Positions 1 to 7,159 of a stretch of 18,636 nucleotides of DNA are shown here, one piece after another; within the stretch, counting starts at the first letter, position 1, and the number at the start of each line of letters is the position of its first letter. Position numbers and translations under genes: made by a program. The stretch covers positions 1 to 18,636 of the forward strand of contig JAQVRT010000006.1 in assembly GCA_028700905.1 (NCBI GenBank), written 5' to 3'. A model generated the notes under the pieces. That model saw only the letters and a program-made list of their open reading frames with translations, ran no database searches and was not told the DNA's origin. The stretch is from Candidatus Iainarchaeum sp. Its GTDB lineage: Archaea; Iainarchaeota; Iainarchaeia; Iainarchaeales; CSSED10-239.

Positions 1-1
1 T

Positions 2-718
2 GGAATTGCAATTTATCATGTTGATGAACAATATATAGAAGACAATTATCCTACTAACAGTATCATGTGGGATCCTGATGGAGATTTCTATGATGATACT
101 GGTGGACATCCAGGAATTGTTTTTGAAGAAAATTTTAAAGAAAGTACTTTTAATCATATATATGATTCAATTGATTTGTATTCAAAAGATTATGATGATT
201 TAATTGGAGACAATACTTTTGGCTATTTTGATAGATATCAAAGATTCTATCCTGAATATGGTGCAATTTGGGATTATCACAATAAAGCATATAATGGTAA
301 TTTAACTGGTGTTACTGTTGGTACTTTAAGTGGTAGTGGTTCTATTGTTTATGCTTATCTTCAAAGTTATCAAGAACCTTTTGATGCTTTAATTTCTTCT
401 CCAAAGAGTAACAGATGGTATAAATATACTAACAATTTAAATTTTATTTCAAGTTATTATAACAACTTAGGAGATGTTAGTTGTGTTTGGGAAGATTCAA
501 GTAAAAATATTCTTTCTCAAGATTGTGAATTTTCTGCAACTCCAGAAGAGTTAGATCTTCCAATCAGTGAATGTTCAGAAAAAATAACTTTAACTTTAGA
601 AATAACAGATCAAGAAACTGGAGATACAATTATTGATACTGTTGATATTAAGATTTATGAAACCATAAGAGATATTTGTGAGACTGCTAATAATAACACA
701 CAAGCAGCAACAAAATAA
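2..718 (+). CDS. C-terminal part of a secreted/extracellular protein (5' end lies outside the window); function unknown, possibly M6/InhA-like metalloprotease-associated
   Basis: The frame of the 65..718 ORF stays open back to base 2 (GIAIYHVDEQYIEDNYPTNS...), so the gene starts upstream of the window. Stop is TAA 716-718. The product is D/N/Y/S-rich with scattered Cys and no TM segment. The AIYHVDE string resembles the hydrophobic-W/Y-H-[IV]-D-E string I recall from immune-inhibitor-A (M6) type peptidases, which is a weak match. Confidence 0.6.
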   Translation, partial: GIAIYHVDEQYIEDNYPTNSIMWDPDGDFYDDTGGHPGIVFEENFKESTFNHIYDSIDLYSKDYDDLIGDNTFGYFDRYQRFYPEYGAIWDYHNKAYNGNLTGVTVGTLSGSGSIVYAYLQSYQEPFDALISSPKSNRWYKYTNNLNFISSYYNNLGDVSCVWEDSSKNILSQDCEFSATPEELDLPISECSEKITLTLEITDQETGDTIIDTVDIKIYETIRDICETANNNTQAATK

Positions 719-794
719 AAAAATAAGTAAACCATTTATATACTTTATGTTACATAATTTATAATATAATATTTAATTTTAAAAATAAAAATAG

Positions 795-902
795 GTGAAT
801 ATTTTGACAAAAATTAAAAAAGGACAAGTTTCTTTAGAAGCAATTATTATAATTGGTGTTATTGTTTTAGCAAGTATTATATTTGCGACATTCTATATTT
901 CT
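795..902 (+). other. Class III signal peptide / pilin-like N-terminal helix of the 983-aa protein (predicted prepilin-peptidase cut after Gly10, nt 824/825)
   Basis: A basic stretch (K6, K8, K9) is followed by G10, then Q+1, V+2, S+3, L+4, E+5 and about 20 uninterrupted hydrophobic residues. This matches the KGQ-x-S-x-E pattern of EppA/PibD/FlaK substrates (Class_IIIsignal/DUF361-type pilins). Confidence 0.75.
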
Positions 903-3746
903 AATGTTAATAAAAAAATAGATACTGCAAGTAATCTAGATCCAAATTTTTCTGGAATGATTGGATCTGATGAAATGGGATCAATTGATCCTATTGATAT
1001 AGGAGAAGATCCAGGTCCAGGTCCAGGAGGAAGTACTTGTGGTAATGATATTGTTGAAGGCACTGAAGATTGTGATGGTACTGATTTAAATGGTGCTACA
1101 TGTGAAACTGAAGGTCAAGGTTCAGGAGATTTATCTTGTAATTCAAATTGTACTTTTAATAATTCTGGATGTTCTAGTCCAACAACAAGTTATACAATAA
1201 CTTCAAGTCATGGATCAAACGGTTCAATTAATCCATTAGGAGCAGTTACAGTTTTAGAAGGTGCAAGTAAAAAATTTAGTTTTTTTCCAAATGCAGGTTA
1301 TGATGTAGATACTGTTTCAATTGATGGTGCAGAAGTTTCTCTTAGTGAAAGAAGAAGTTATACTTTTAATAATGTTACTTCAGATCATACAATACATGTA
1401 ACATTTAAACCACAATCTTCAAATGAACATATTATTTTTGCAAGTAATGGTTCACATGGAACTATAGATCCTGCTGGAAATAATACAGTTACAGAAGGAG
1501 ATGATATTACTTTTACATTTAATCCAGATACAGGATATCGTGTAGGTAATGTTTATATTGATTCTTTAACAGTTGGTGCTGAACAAATAGAAATTATTAA
1601 TGATTTTTCTTCAAAAGATTCTGAAAATAATAATTTATATTTTTCTGAAGAAGATACTTTATATTTTGCAGCTAATACAGGTCCAGGAACTTCTTCAAAT
1701 TTAGTTTATACTTTTGAAGATGTAGATGATAGTCATACTATACATGTAACTTTTATTTCAAATACAACTCCAACATATACTTTAGATTATATAGCTGGAG
1801 CTAATGGTAGTATTGATGGTTTTGCTTCTCAAACTATAAATCAAGGAGAAGATGGAGATGAAGTATGTGCTGTTGCAGATGCTGGTTATGTTTTTGAAAA
1901 TTGGGATGATAACTTACAAACAGAATGTAGAACTGAAACAAATGTAACAAGTAACCAAACATATACTGTTTCATTTACAGAAGCAGCAGGTCAAACAATG
2001 GCTATGGATTTAGAAGGTGTTGAATCAACTCCAATAAGTCAAAATTTTGATGTTGTTGTTAATACTTCTGAAACTCCAGGAACTGTAAGTTATGGTTTAG
2101 TTGCAGATTTATTAATTTATAATGATGTTGCAGGAGATTATTTACCTACAAACAATTGTTCTTATAACGGAACTTTTGCTTCAACACACACACTTGAAAC
2201 AAATCAATCCCCAGGTATTGAAAATTATACATTCTCTTGTAATACTTCTGGAAACTATAAATTTACATTTACAGCAACAGATACAACTAATCCAACAAAT
2301 GATGTTTCAAGAGATAAATTAATAACTGTTGTAAATAATCAAACAGCAGCTGCACCTACATTTTCAATTGACGGAGATACTTATTATAATGACCAAACAT
2401 TAATTTTAAGTTCAACAACTCCTGGTGCAACTATTAAATACACAATTAATGGAGCAAATCCAACATGTACTACAGGAACAACTTATTCAAGTCCAATTCA
2501 AATTAACCAAGTTTCAACAGTAAAAGCAATTGCTTGTAAATCAGGATATATTGAAAGTCCAATTGTTACAGAAATTTATAATTTAAAAGTTGGAACTCCT
2601 ACACCAAGTGTTAATCCTGGTGTATATTCTCAAGCACAAACAATTACTCTTTCAACAGAAACAATTGGTGCAACTTTGTATTATTCAACAGATGGTTCTG
2701 GTGCTTTTGATGGAAGTGTTTATGTTCCAGGAGAAGAAATAATAATTTCAAGCCCATTTACTGAATTAAGAATAGCAGGAATAAAATCAAATTATAATGA
2801 TAGTGAAGAATATGATGAAATCTATTATATAAATGGTTATGAATCTCCTACTCCAAGCATGGTTTTTACAAATGATTATGGAGGTGCATTTGATCTTGTA
2901 GGTGCTGCAAATTTAACTCATGGAAATGTTTTCATTGAAGATGAAGTAAATAATTTAGTAAGATTTATTGATCCTAAATTAGATGGAAATTATTTTAACG
3001 GAAGTAATGCTTCAGGAGATACATTAATAGATTGTGAGGCATTTTGTTCTGAAAAGTATTTAGGAGGAACTTGTTATTCTTATGATACTATTAATTATTC
3101 TGGAAATGGAAATGATTTAATCTATTATAGATACATGATTCCAGGTGCTGGAGGGACAAATGATGTTTTCCCTTACACTATTGGAGGTATGTTATCTAAT
3201 TCTTCTCAATGGGCTTATGGTTCCGGAGTGACTGGAGGTCCGGATAGAGTAGAATACTTCACTTGTGATTTCTCACATACTCCAAGTCCAGAAGATACAG
3301 ACTTTGGATTTATTGATTTATACACAGTAGATTTATTACAGTGTGATGGAACTTTTGATTGTACAGGATACTATTATGATTCTGCAAGAGTAACTTTTGA
3401 AAATGTTACAAAAGTAGGTTCAGAATATACTTACTCAGGTTTAAATGTTGTAGGTAATTTTGTTACACAAGGTGCTACTGCTCCAACAGGAACAGTTTAC
3501 ATACTTTCAGATGATTTCTCACAAGCTTGTGATGCTGTATGTGATGCTTTATATCAAGGAAGTTCTTGTGAGAATTATGATGATAGTCAAATATCTTCTC
3601 AAGGTAAAGCTGTTTCATATAAATATTTTAGTCTTTTTCTTAACCCTAATTTAAGTACAGGTTATTATTGGACATCTGGAAGTCCACTTTTTTATGATGT
3701 TTATGCAGGAGATTATGTTCTTTCAGAAGTTACTTGTTCAAAGTAA
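795..3746 (+). CDS. Large modular surface protein with N-terminal class III (archaeal type IV pilin-like) signal peptide; putative pilus-associated adhesin
   Basis: Single 983-codon ORF with stop TAA 3744-3746. GTG 795 overlaps an AGGTGA Shine-Dalgarno (793-798), so TTG 804, 5 nt after the SD, is an equally likely true start. The N-terminus reads TKIKKG/QVSLEAIIIIGVIVLASIIFATFYI, i.e. K-G-Q-x-S-x-E plus a hydrophobic helix. The body has a GPGPGG linker, a CGNDIVEGTEDCDG Cys-rich module, 3 InlB-B-repeat-like units, 2 chitobiase/hexosaminidase-C-like units and a duplicated 4-Cys C-terminal module. A hairpin plus T-run lies directly downstream. Confidence 0.9.
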   Translation: MNILTKIKKGQVSLEAIIIIGVIVLASIIFATFYISNVNKKIDTASNLDPNFSGMIGSDEMGSIDPIDIGEDPGPGPGGSTCGNDIVEGTEDCDGTDLNGATCETEGQGSGDLSCNSNCTFNNSGCSSPTTSYTITSSHGSNGSINPLGAVTVLEGASKKFSFFPNAGYDVDTVSIDGAEVSLSERRSYTFNNVTSDHTIHVTFKPQSSNEHIIFASNGSHGTIDPAGNNTVTEGDDITFTFNPDTGYRVGNVYIDSLTVGAEQIEIINDFSSKDSENNNLYFSEEDTLYFAANTGPGTSSNLVYTFEDVDDSHTIHVTFISNTTPTYTLDYIAGANGSIDGFASQTINQGEDGDEVCAVADAGYVFENWDDNLQTECRTETNVTSNQTYTVSFTEAAGQTMAMDLEGVESTPISQNFDVVVNTSETPGTVSYGLVADLLIYNDVAGDYLPTNNCSYNGTFASTHTLETNQSPGIENYTFSCNTSGNYKFTFTATDTTNPTNDVSRDKLITVVNNQTAAAPTFSIDGDTYYNDQTLILSSTTPGATIKYTINGANPTCTTGTTYSSPIQINQVSTVKAIACKSGYIESPIVTEIYNLKVGTPTPSVNPGVYSQAQTITLSTETIGATLYYSTDGSGAFDGSVYVPGEEIIISSPFTELRIAGIKSNYNDSEEYDEIYYINGYESPTPSMVFTNDYGGAFDLVGAANLTHGNVFIEDEVNNLVRFIDPKLDGNYFNGSNASGDTLIDCEAFCSEKYLGGTCYSYDTINYSGNGNDLIYYRYMIPGAGGTNDVFPYTIGGMLSNSSQWAYGSGVTGGPDRVEYFTCDFSHTPSPEDTDFGFIDLYTVDLLQCDGTFDCTGYYYDSARVTFENVTKVGSEYTYSGLNVVGNFVTQGATAPTGTVYILSDDFSQACDAVCDALYQGSSCENYDDSQISSQGKAVSYKYFSLFLNPNLSTGYYWTSGSPLFYDVYAGDYVLSEVTCSK
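1038..1172 (+). other. Cysteine-rich module CGNDIVEGTEDCDG...C...C...C...C (DUF4215 / Myxococcus cysteine-rich-repeat-like)
   Basis: CGNDIVEGTEDCDGTDLNGATCETEGQGSGDLSCNSNCTFNNSGC has 6 Cys. The CGN-x3-E-x2-E-x-CDG opening matches the consensus I recall for that repeat family. Confidence 0.55.
1191..1976 (+). repeat. Three tandem InlB B-repeat-like (Flg_new / Flg_new_2-like) beta domains inside the 983-aa protein (1191-1406, 1428-1754, 1776-1976)
   Basis: Unit 1 is YTITSSHGSNGSINPLGAVTVLEGASKKFSFFPNAGYDVDTVSIDG...SDHTIHVTF. Unit 2 is HIIFASNGSHGTIDPAGNNTVTEGDDITFTFNPDTGYRVGNVYID...(insertion)...DSHTIHVTF. Unit 3 is YTLDYIAGANGSIDGFASQTINQGEDGDEV.AVADAGYVFENWDD...YTVSF. All share the skeleton nGsI.P.G...V.eG....F...P..GY ... 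(H)T(I)(H)V(T)F. Confidence 0.7.
2352..2831 (+). repeat. Two tandem chitobiase/beta-hexosaminidase C-terminal-like (CHB_HEX_C-type) domains (2352-2579, 2598-2831)
   Basis: Unit 1 is APTFSIDGDTYYNDQTLILSSTTPGATIKYTINGANPT..GTTYSSPIQINQVSTVKAIACKSGYIESPIVTEIY. Unit 2 is PTPSVNPGVYSQAQTITLSTETIGATLYYSTDGSG...VYVPGEEIIISSPFTELRIAGIKSNYNDSEEYDEIYYI. Both fit the P.fS...G.Y....v.Lss...GATIyYTtDGs.P....Y..PI.i...t.vKA.A...G...S pattern. Confidence 0.65.
2985..3743 (+). repeat. Internally duplicated, unassigned 4-Cys C-terminal module (copy A 2985-3272, copy B 3453-3743)
   Basis: Copy A reads GNYFNGSNASGDTLIDCEAFCSEKYLGGTCYSYD...VEYFTCDF. Copy B reads GNFVTQGATAPTGTVYILSDDFSQACDAVCDALYQGSSCENYD...VLSEVTCSK. 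Both have the identical spacing C-x3-C-x3-Y-x4-C-x2-YD plus a terminal TC. Confidence 0.7.
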
Positions 3747-3753
3747 TTTTTAA

Positions 3754-3796
3754 AAAAGCTTAAGATTTCTTTTAAGCTTTTCTTTTTTTTTCTTTT
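3754..3796 (+). terminator. Hairpin plus oligo-T terminator after the 983-aa gene
   Basis: aaaagcttaa (3754-3763) pairs perfectly with ttaagctttt (3772-3781), giving a 10-bp stem with an 8-nt loop. It is followed by tcttttttttctttttt. Oligo-T is the established archaeal termination signal. Confidence 0.7.
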
Positions 3797-3918
3797 TATA
3801 TAGCTTTTTTTAAATAATTATATTTAAAAACATTCCTCCATATATAATATTTATATATATAGTTCTTTTTTTCAAAAAAAACTAAAAAACCAATGACACT
3901 ATAAGGAGGTTGTTTGTC

Positions 3919-4458
3919 ATGTCTGAATTTATAAAATTCTCTGTACCTGAAGATTTAAGAGTTTTACAAGATGAAACTATTAAAAAATTATCAAAATCAG
4001 GTAAAATAAAAATAGGTATAAACGAAGTTACAAAAACAATTGAAAGAGGAAATGCAAAATTTGTTATTATTGCTGAAGATGTATCTCCTGCTGAAATTGT
4101 AATGCATATACCAATAATCTCAAAAGAGAAAAAAATCCCTTTTTCTTATGCAAAAACTAAAGAAGATTTAGGTAAAATGGTTGGTATTTCTGCAAAAGCA
4201 AGTTGTGTTGCTATAACAGATGCTGGTTCAATGCAAAAAGAATTAACAACATTAATCGATAAGATTGAAGAAGTTTCTGGTGGTAAAAAAGCAGCTGCAA
4301 AAACAGAAGATGTTAAAAAAGAAAAACCTTCTCCTAAAAAAGAAGAAGTAAAAAAAGAAGCTCCTTCTCCTAAAAAAGAAGAAGAAGTAAAAAAAGAAAC
4401 ACCTAAAGAAGAAAAACCAGAAAATAAAGAAGAAGTTAAAAAAGAAAACAAAGAATGA
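3919..4458 (+). CDS. rpl7ae: 50S ribosomal protein L7Ae (K-turn binding) with an approximately 57-aa Lys/Glu/Pro-rich C-terminal extension
   Basis: NEVTKTIERGNAKFVIIAEDVSPAEIVMHIP...KIPFSYAKTKEDLGKMVGISAKASCVAI is a typical L7Ae/L30e-fold core. It is the first gene of the conserved rpl7ae-rps28e-rpl24e trio. SD AAGGAGG is at 3903-3909 and ATG at 3919. The ORF-track TTG 3910 abuts the SD and is unlikely. Stop is TGA 4456-4458. Confidence 0.93.
   Translation: MSEFIKFSVPEDLRVLQDETIKKLSKSGKIKIGINEVTKTIERGNAKFVIIAEDVSPAEIVMHIPIISKEKKIPFSYAKTKEDLGKMVGISAKASCVAITDAGSMQKELTTLIDKIEEVSGGKKAAAKTEDVKKEKPSPKKEEVKKEAPSPKKEEEVKKETPKEEKPENKEEVKKENKE
4327..4401 (+). repeat. 36-nt tandem duplication inside the L7Ae tail (PSPKKEEVKKEA / PSPKKEEEVKKET)
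   Basis: ccttctcctaaaaaagaagaagtaaaaaaagaagct (4327-4362) is repeated from 4363 with one extra gaa codon. Confidence 0.85.
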
Positions 4459-4470
4459 GGTGAATAATTT

Positions 4471-4683
4471 ATGGCTGATGAAGGAATACCTGCAGAAGTA
4501 GTAGAAGTTGTAGGTAGAACTGGTTCTCGTGGAGAAGCTACCCAAGTTCTTTGTAGAGTTATTGATGGTTATGAGAAAGGTAGAATTAAAAAAAGAAATG
4601 TCAAAGGTAATGTTAAGAAAGGAGACATTCTATTATTAATGAATCCAGAAACAGAAGCAAAGGACATTAAGGCACGTAGGTGA
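4471..4683 (+). CDS. rps28e: 30S ribosomal protein S28e
   Basis: AEVVEVVGRTGSRGEATQVLCRV...GR.KKRNVKGNVKKGDILLLMNPETEAK matches the S28e consensus (GRTG..GE.TQV ... RNV.GPV..GDIL.L.E.EREA). SD GAGGTGA lies 7 nt upstream. Confidence 0.95.
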   Translation: MADEGIPAEVVEVVGRTGSRGEATQVLCRVIDGYEKGRIKKRNVKGNVKKGDILLLMNPETEAKDIKARR

Positions 4684-4689
4684 TTTTTA

Positions 4690-4884
4690 ATGCAATGTAC
4701 ATTTTGCGGAAAAGAAGTTCCAAAAGGGACTGGTGTTTTATATGCAAAGAAAGATGGAACTACTTTTATATTTTGTTCAAGCAAATGTAAAATTAATGTT
4801 CTTGAAAAAAAATTCAAAGCACATAAAACCAAATGGACAAATAAATATCATGTAGAAAAAGAAAGACATTTAAAGAAAAAATAA
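4690..4884 (+). CDS. rpl24e: 50S ribosomal protein L24e
   Basis: MQCTFCGKEVPKGTGVLYAKKDGTTFIFCSSKC is the L24e zinc-binding N-terminus. SD AGGTGA is upstream and a T-run lies downstream. Confidence 0.95.
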   Translation: MQCTFCGKEVPKGTGVLYAKKDGTTFIFCSSKCKINVLEKKFKAHKTKWTNKYHVEKERHLKKK

Positions 4885-4908
4885 TTTTTTTTCTTTTTCT
4901 TTTTTCTT
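4885..4908 (+). terminator. Oligo-T termination tract after rpl24e
   Basis: ttttttttctttttcttttttctt lies immediately after the TAA stop (4882-4884). An AT-rich promoter-like spacer follows before aIF5B. Confidence 0.5.
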
Positions 4909-4983
4909 CAAATATTTCTAAATATAAATATTTTTTTTAATATAAATTAAATATTTAAAATAAAAATAAATAAAAGGTGGTTT

Positions 4984-6726
4984 TTGTTGTTTAGACAACC
5001 AATAATTACAATAATGGGACACATTGATTCTGGAAAAACAACTTTTCTAGATAAGATCAAGGGTACCGGTATTGCAAAACTTGAAGCTGGAAAAATAACA
5101 CAGCATATTGGGGCAACAGAGATATCTTTAGATGTTATTTTAAAAATTTGTTCACATCTTTTAGAAAAATATAAATTTCAAGTAACAATTCCAGGTTTGT
5201 TATTTATTGACACACCAGGACATAATGCTTTTGATAATTTAAGAGAGAGAGGTGGCTCTTTAGCAGATTTAGTTGTTTTAGTTGTTGATATTAATAAAGG
5301 TCTTCAAGCACAAGATATTGAAACTTTAGAAATATTAAAAATGTATAAAGTTCCATTTATTATTGCTGCAAACAAAATAGATTTAGTTTCAGGATATTTT
5401 CAAGAAGGAAAAGATATCTCTCAAGCTTTAGAAAAACAATCAAAATCAACTGAAGATAAAATAGATGAATTAATCTACAAAATTGTTGGACAACTTTATG
5501 ACAAAGGTTTTCAAGCTGAAAGGTTTGATAGAATTTCTGACTTTAAAAAACAAATTGCAATTATTCCAACCTCTTGTGAAAAAGAATATGGTTTAACAGA
5601 AGCAATTTTATTTTTATCAGTTCTTTCTCAAAAGTTTTTAGGTCCAAGAATAACAATTGAATCTTCTCAAAAACCACAAGCAACAATCTTAGAGGTTGGA
5701 GAAATAACTGGTATTGGAAAAACAGTTGATGCAATTGTTTATCAAGGAGTTTTAAAAGTAAAAGATAAAGTTTCTTTTCTTTCAAGAGAAGGAGTTATTG
5801 AAACAAAAATAAAATCTCTTCTTAAATTAAATGTAATGAGTGCAATTAATAAAAAAAGAGATTATAAAAACGTAGATTTTGTATCAGCTGCAAGTGGAGT
5901 TAAAATAGTTGGTCCTGATCTTGATAAATGTATTCCAGGAAGTATTATTGTTTCTTCTGAAGATTTAGATGCTGTTGAAAGATTAAAAGAAAAAACATTA
6001 AATAGTTTTGTATCATCAGATATTGATGGTGCTTTTCTAAAAACAGATACTTTAGGATCTTTAGAAGCATTAATTAAGCTTCTTACAAAAAATAATATTC
6101 CAATCGCAAAAGCAGATATTGGTCCTATTACACAAAAAGATATTTTAGAAATTAAAGTTTTAAATCAAAGAGATAAGAAAAAAGGAGTTTTGTTTTTATT
6201 TAATGCAAATATTTCAAAAGATTTTTTAGAAGATTTAAATAAAGAAAAAATTCCAGTTTTTAAAAATAATATAATCTATAAACTTATAGAAGAACATGCC
6301 GATTGGCTTTTAAAAGAAAACAAAATTGAAAAAGATAGTTTACTTAAGGAAATTATTTTTCCTTGTGAAATTAAAGTTTTAAAAAACCATATATTCAGAA
6401 CTAGTAAACCTGCAATTGTTGGAGTTAAAGTTGTTGCAGGAAAATTAACTCCTGGTTCAAGAGTATTATTAAATGATAAAGAAATTGGAGTTGTTGAAGG
6501 AATTCAAGCTGAAGGAAAATCTTTAGATATTTTAGAAAGAGGTTCTGAAGCTGCAATTTCAATTAAACATGCAGTATATTTAAAAGATTTTAAAGAGGAA
6601 GATGTTTTTTCAGTATATGTTCCTGATTCCTCTATTAAAAAACTTGAACAAATGATAGATGATCTTACAAATGAAGAACAAGAAATGTTATATAAAATTA
6701 AATCAAAAAGAATTAATGTAAATTAA
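4984..6726 (+). CDS. infB: Translation initiation factor aIF5B (IF2-type GTPase)
   Basis: RQPIITIMGHIDSGKTTFLDKIKG is G1, with Ser where GHVDHGKT is usual. DTPGH is G3 and ANKID is G4. The 580-aa length and a C-terminal beta-barrel/helical part fit aIF5B. TTG start at 4984 (or 4987) follows SD AAGGTGG at 4974-4980. Confidence 0.93.
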   Translation: MLFRQPIITIMGHIDSGKTTFLDKIKGTGIAKLEAGKITQHIGATEISLDVILKICSHLLEKYKFQVTIPGLLFIDTPGHNAFDNLRERGGSLADLVVLVVDINKGLQAQDIETLEILKMYKVPFIIAANKIDLVSGYFQEGKDISQALEKQSKSTEDKIDELIYKIVGQLYDKGFQAERFDRISDFKKQIAIIPTSCEKEYGLTEAILFLSVLSQKFLGPRITIESSQKPQATILEVGEITGIGKTVDAIVYQGVLKVKDKVSFLSREGVIETKIKSLLKLNVMSAINKKRDYKNVDFVSAASGVKIVGPDLDKCIPGSIIVSSEDLDAVERLKEKTLNSFVSSDIDGAFLKTDTLGSLEALIKLLTKNNIPIAKADIGPITQKDILEIKVLNQRDKKKGVLFLFNANISKDFLEDLNKEKIPVFKNNIIYKLIEEHADWLLKENKIEKDSLLKEIIFPCEIKVLKNHIFRTSKPAIVGVKVVAGKLTPGSRVLLNDKEIGVVEGIQAEGKSLDILERGSEAAISIKHAVYLKDFKEEDVFSVYVPDSSIKKLEQMIDDLTNEEQEMLYKIKSKRINVN

Positions 6727-6748
6727 AAGAAACTGAGGTGTTTTAAAA

Positions 6749-7132
6749 ATGAAATTAAATATTGCAGACCCTAAAAATGCAAAAACTTTTTCAATAGAAG
6801 CAGATGAAAAAAATAGTCTTTACTTTGTTGGAAAAAAATTAAAAGATGAAGTTGACTTATCTTTCATTGCAGCAGGACTTAAAGGAGTAATTACTGGTGG
6901 TTCTGATAAAGATGGTTTTCCAATGCACGGAGCACTTGATTCAGAAAATAGAAAAAAATTATTATTATCTGGTGGAGTTGGATTTAAACCTACAAGAAAA
7001 GGTGAAAGAAGAAGAAAAAGAGTTGCTGGAAGAATAATTACAACTCACATACAACAAATAAATATTAAATTAACTGCAGGTGATTCTAAAGTTTTAGAAG
7101 AAAAACATACAAAAAAAGATGAAAAGAAATAA
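6749..7132 (+). CDS. rps6e: 30S ribosomal protein S6e
   Basis: MKLNIADP..AKTFSIE...GKKLKDEVDLS...GGSDKDGFPM...GFKP.RKGERRRK.V.G matches S6e. SD GAGGTG is upstream. Confidence 0.93.
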   Translation: MKLNIADPKNAKTFSIEADEKNSLYFVGKKLKDEVDLSFIAAGLKGVITGGSDKDGFPMHGALDSENRKKLLLSGGVGFKPTRKGERRRKRVAGRIITTHIQQINIKLTAGDSKVLEEKHTKKDEKK

Positions 7133-7159
7133 AAGGATGAAATAAGTAGGTATTAATAT

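Noticed and set aside
2122-2322. Out-of-frame + strand ORF (66 aa) inside the 983-aa gene, and likewise 3460-3654.
   Set aside because: Both are nested in an alternative frame of a gene with clear domain structure. Their composition (L/I/Q-rich) is frame-shift noise.
3910-3918. TTG 3910 as the L7Ae start (ORF-track start).
   Set aside because: It directly abuts the AAGGAGG SD with zero spacing. ATG 3919 has the 9-nt spacing seen at other genes here.
3893-3920. K-turn or autoregulatory structure in the L7Ae 5' UTR, since archaeal L7Ae is known to bind K-turns in its own leader.
   Set aside because: Only a 6-bp hairpin (ATGACA/TGTCAT) enclosing the SD can be drawn. No tandem sheared G-A motif or 3-nt bulge is visible, so a stem this short is expected by chance.
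4146-4545. Two minus-strand ORFs (4146-4451, 4252-4545) encoding F/S-rich low-complexity peptides.
   Set aside because: They are antisense shadows of the Lys/Glu-rich (AAA/GAA) L7Ae tail. They have no start context or motifs, and they fully overlap well-supported rpl7ae/rps28e.
4569-4832. Minus-strand 87-aa ORF across rps28e/rpl24e.
   Set aside because: It overlaps two highly conserved ribosomal protein genes and has no recognisable motif. It is a typical AT-rich antisense ORF.
5561-5785. Minus-strand 74-aa ORF inside aIF5B.
   Set aside because: It is antisense to a conserved GTPase gene, with a leucine-rich shadow composition.
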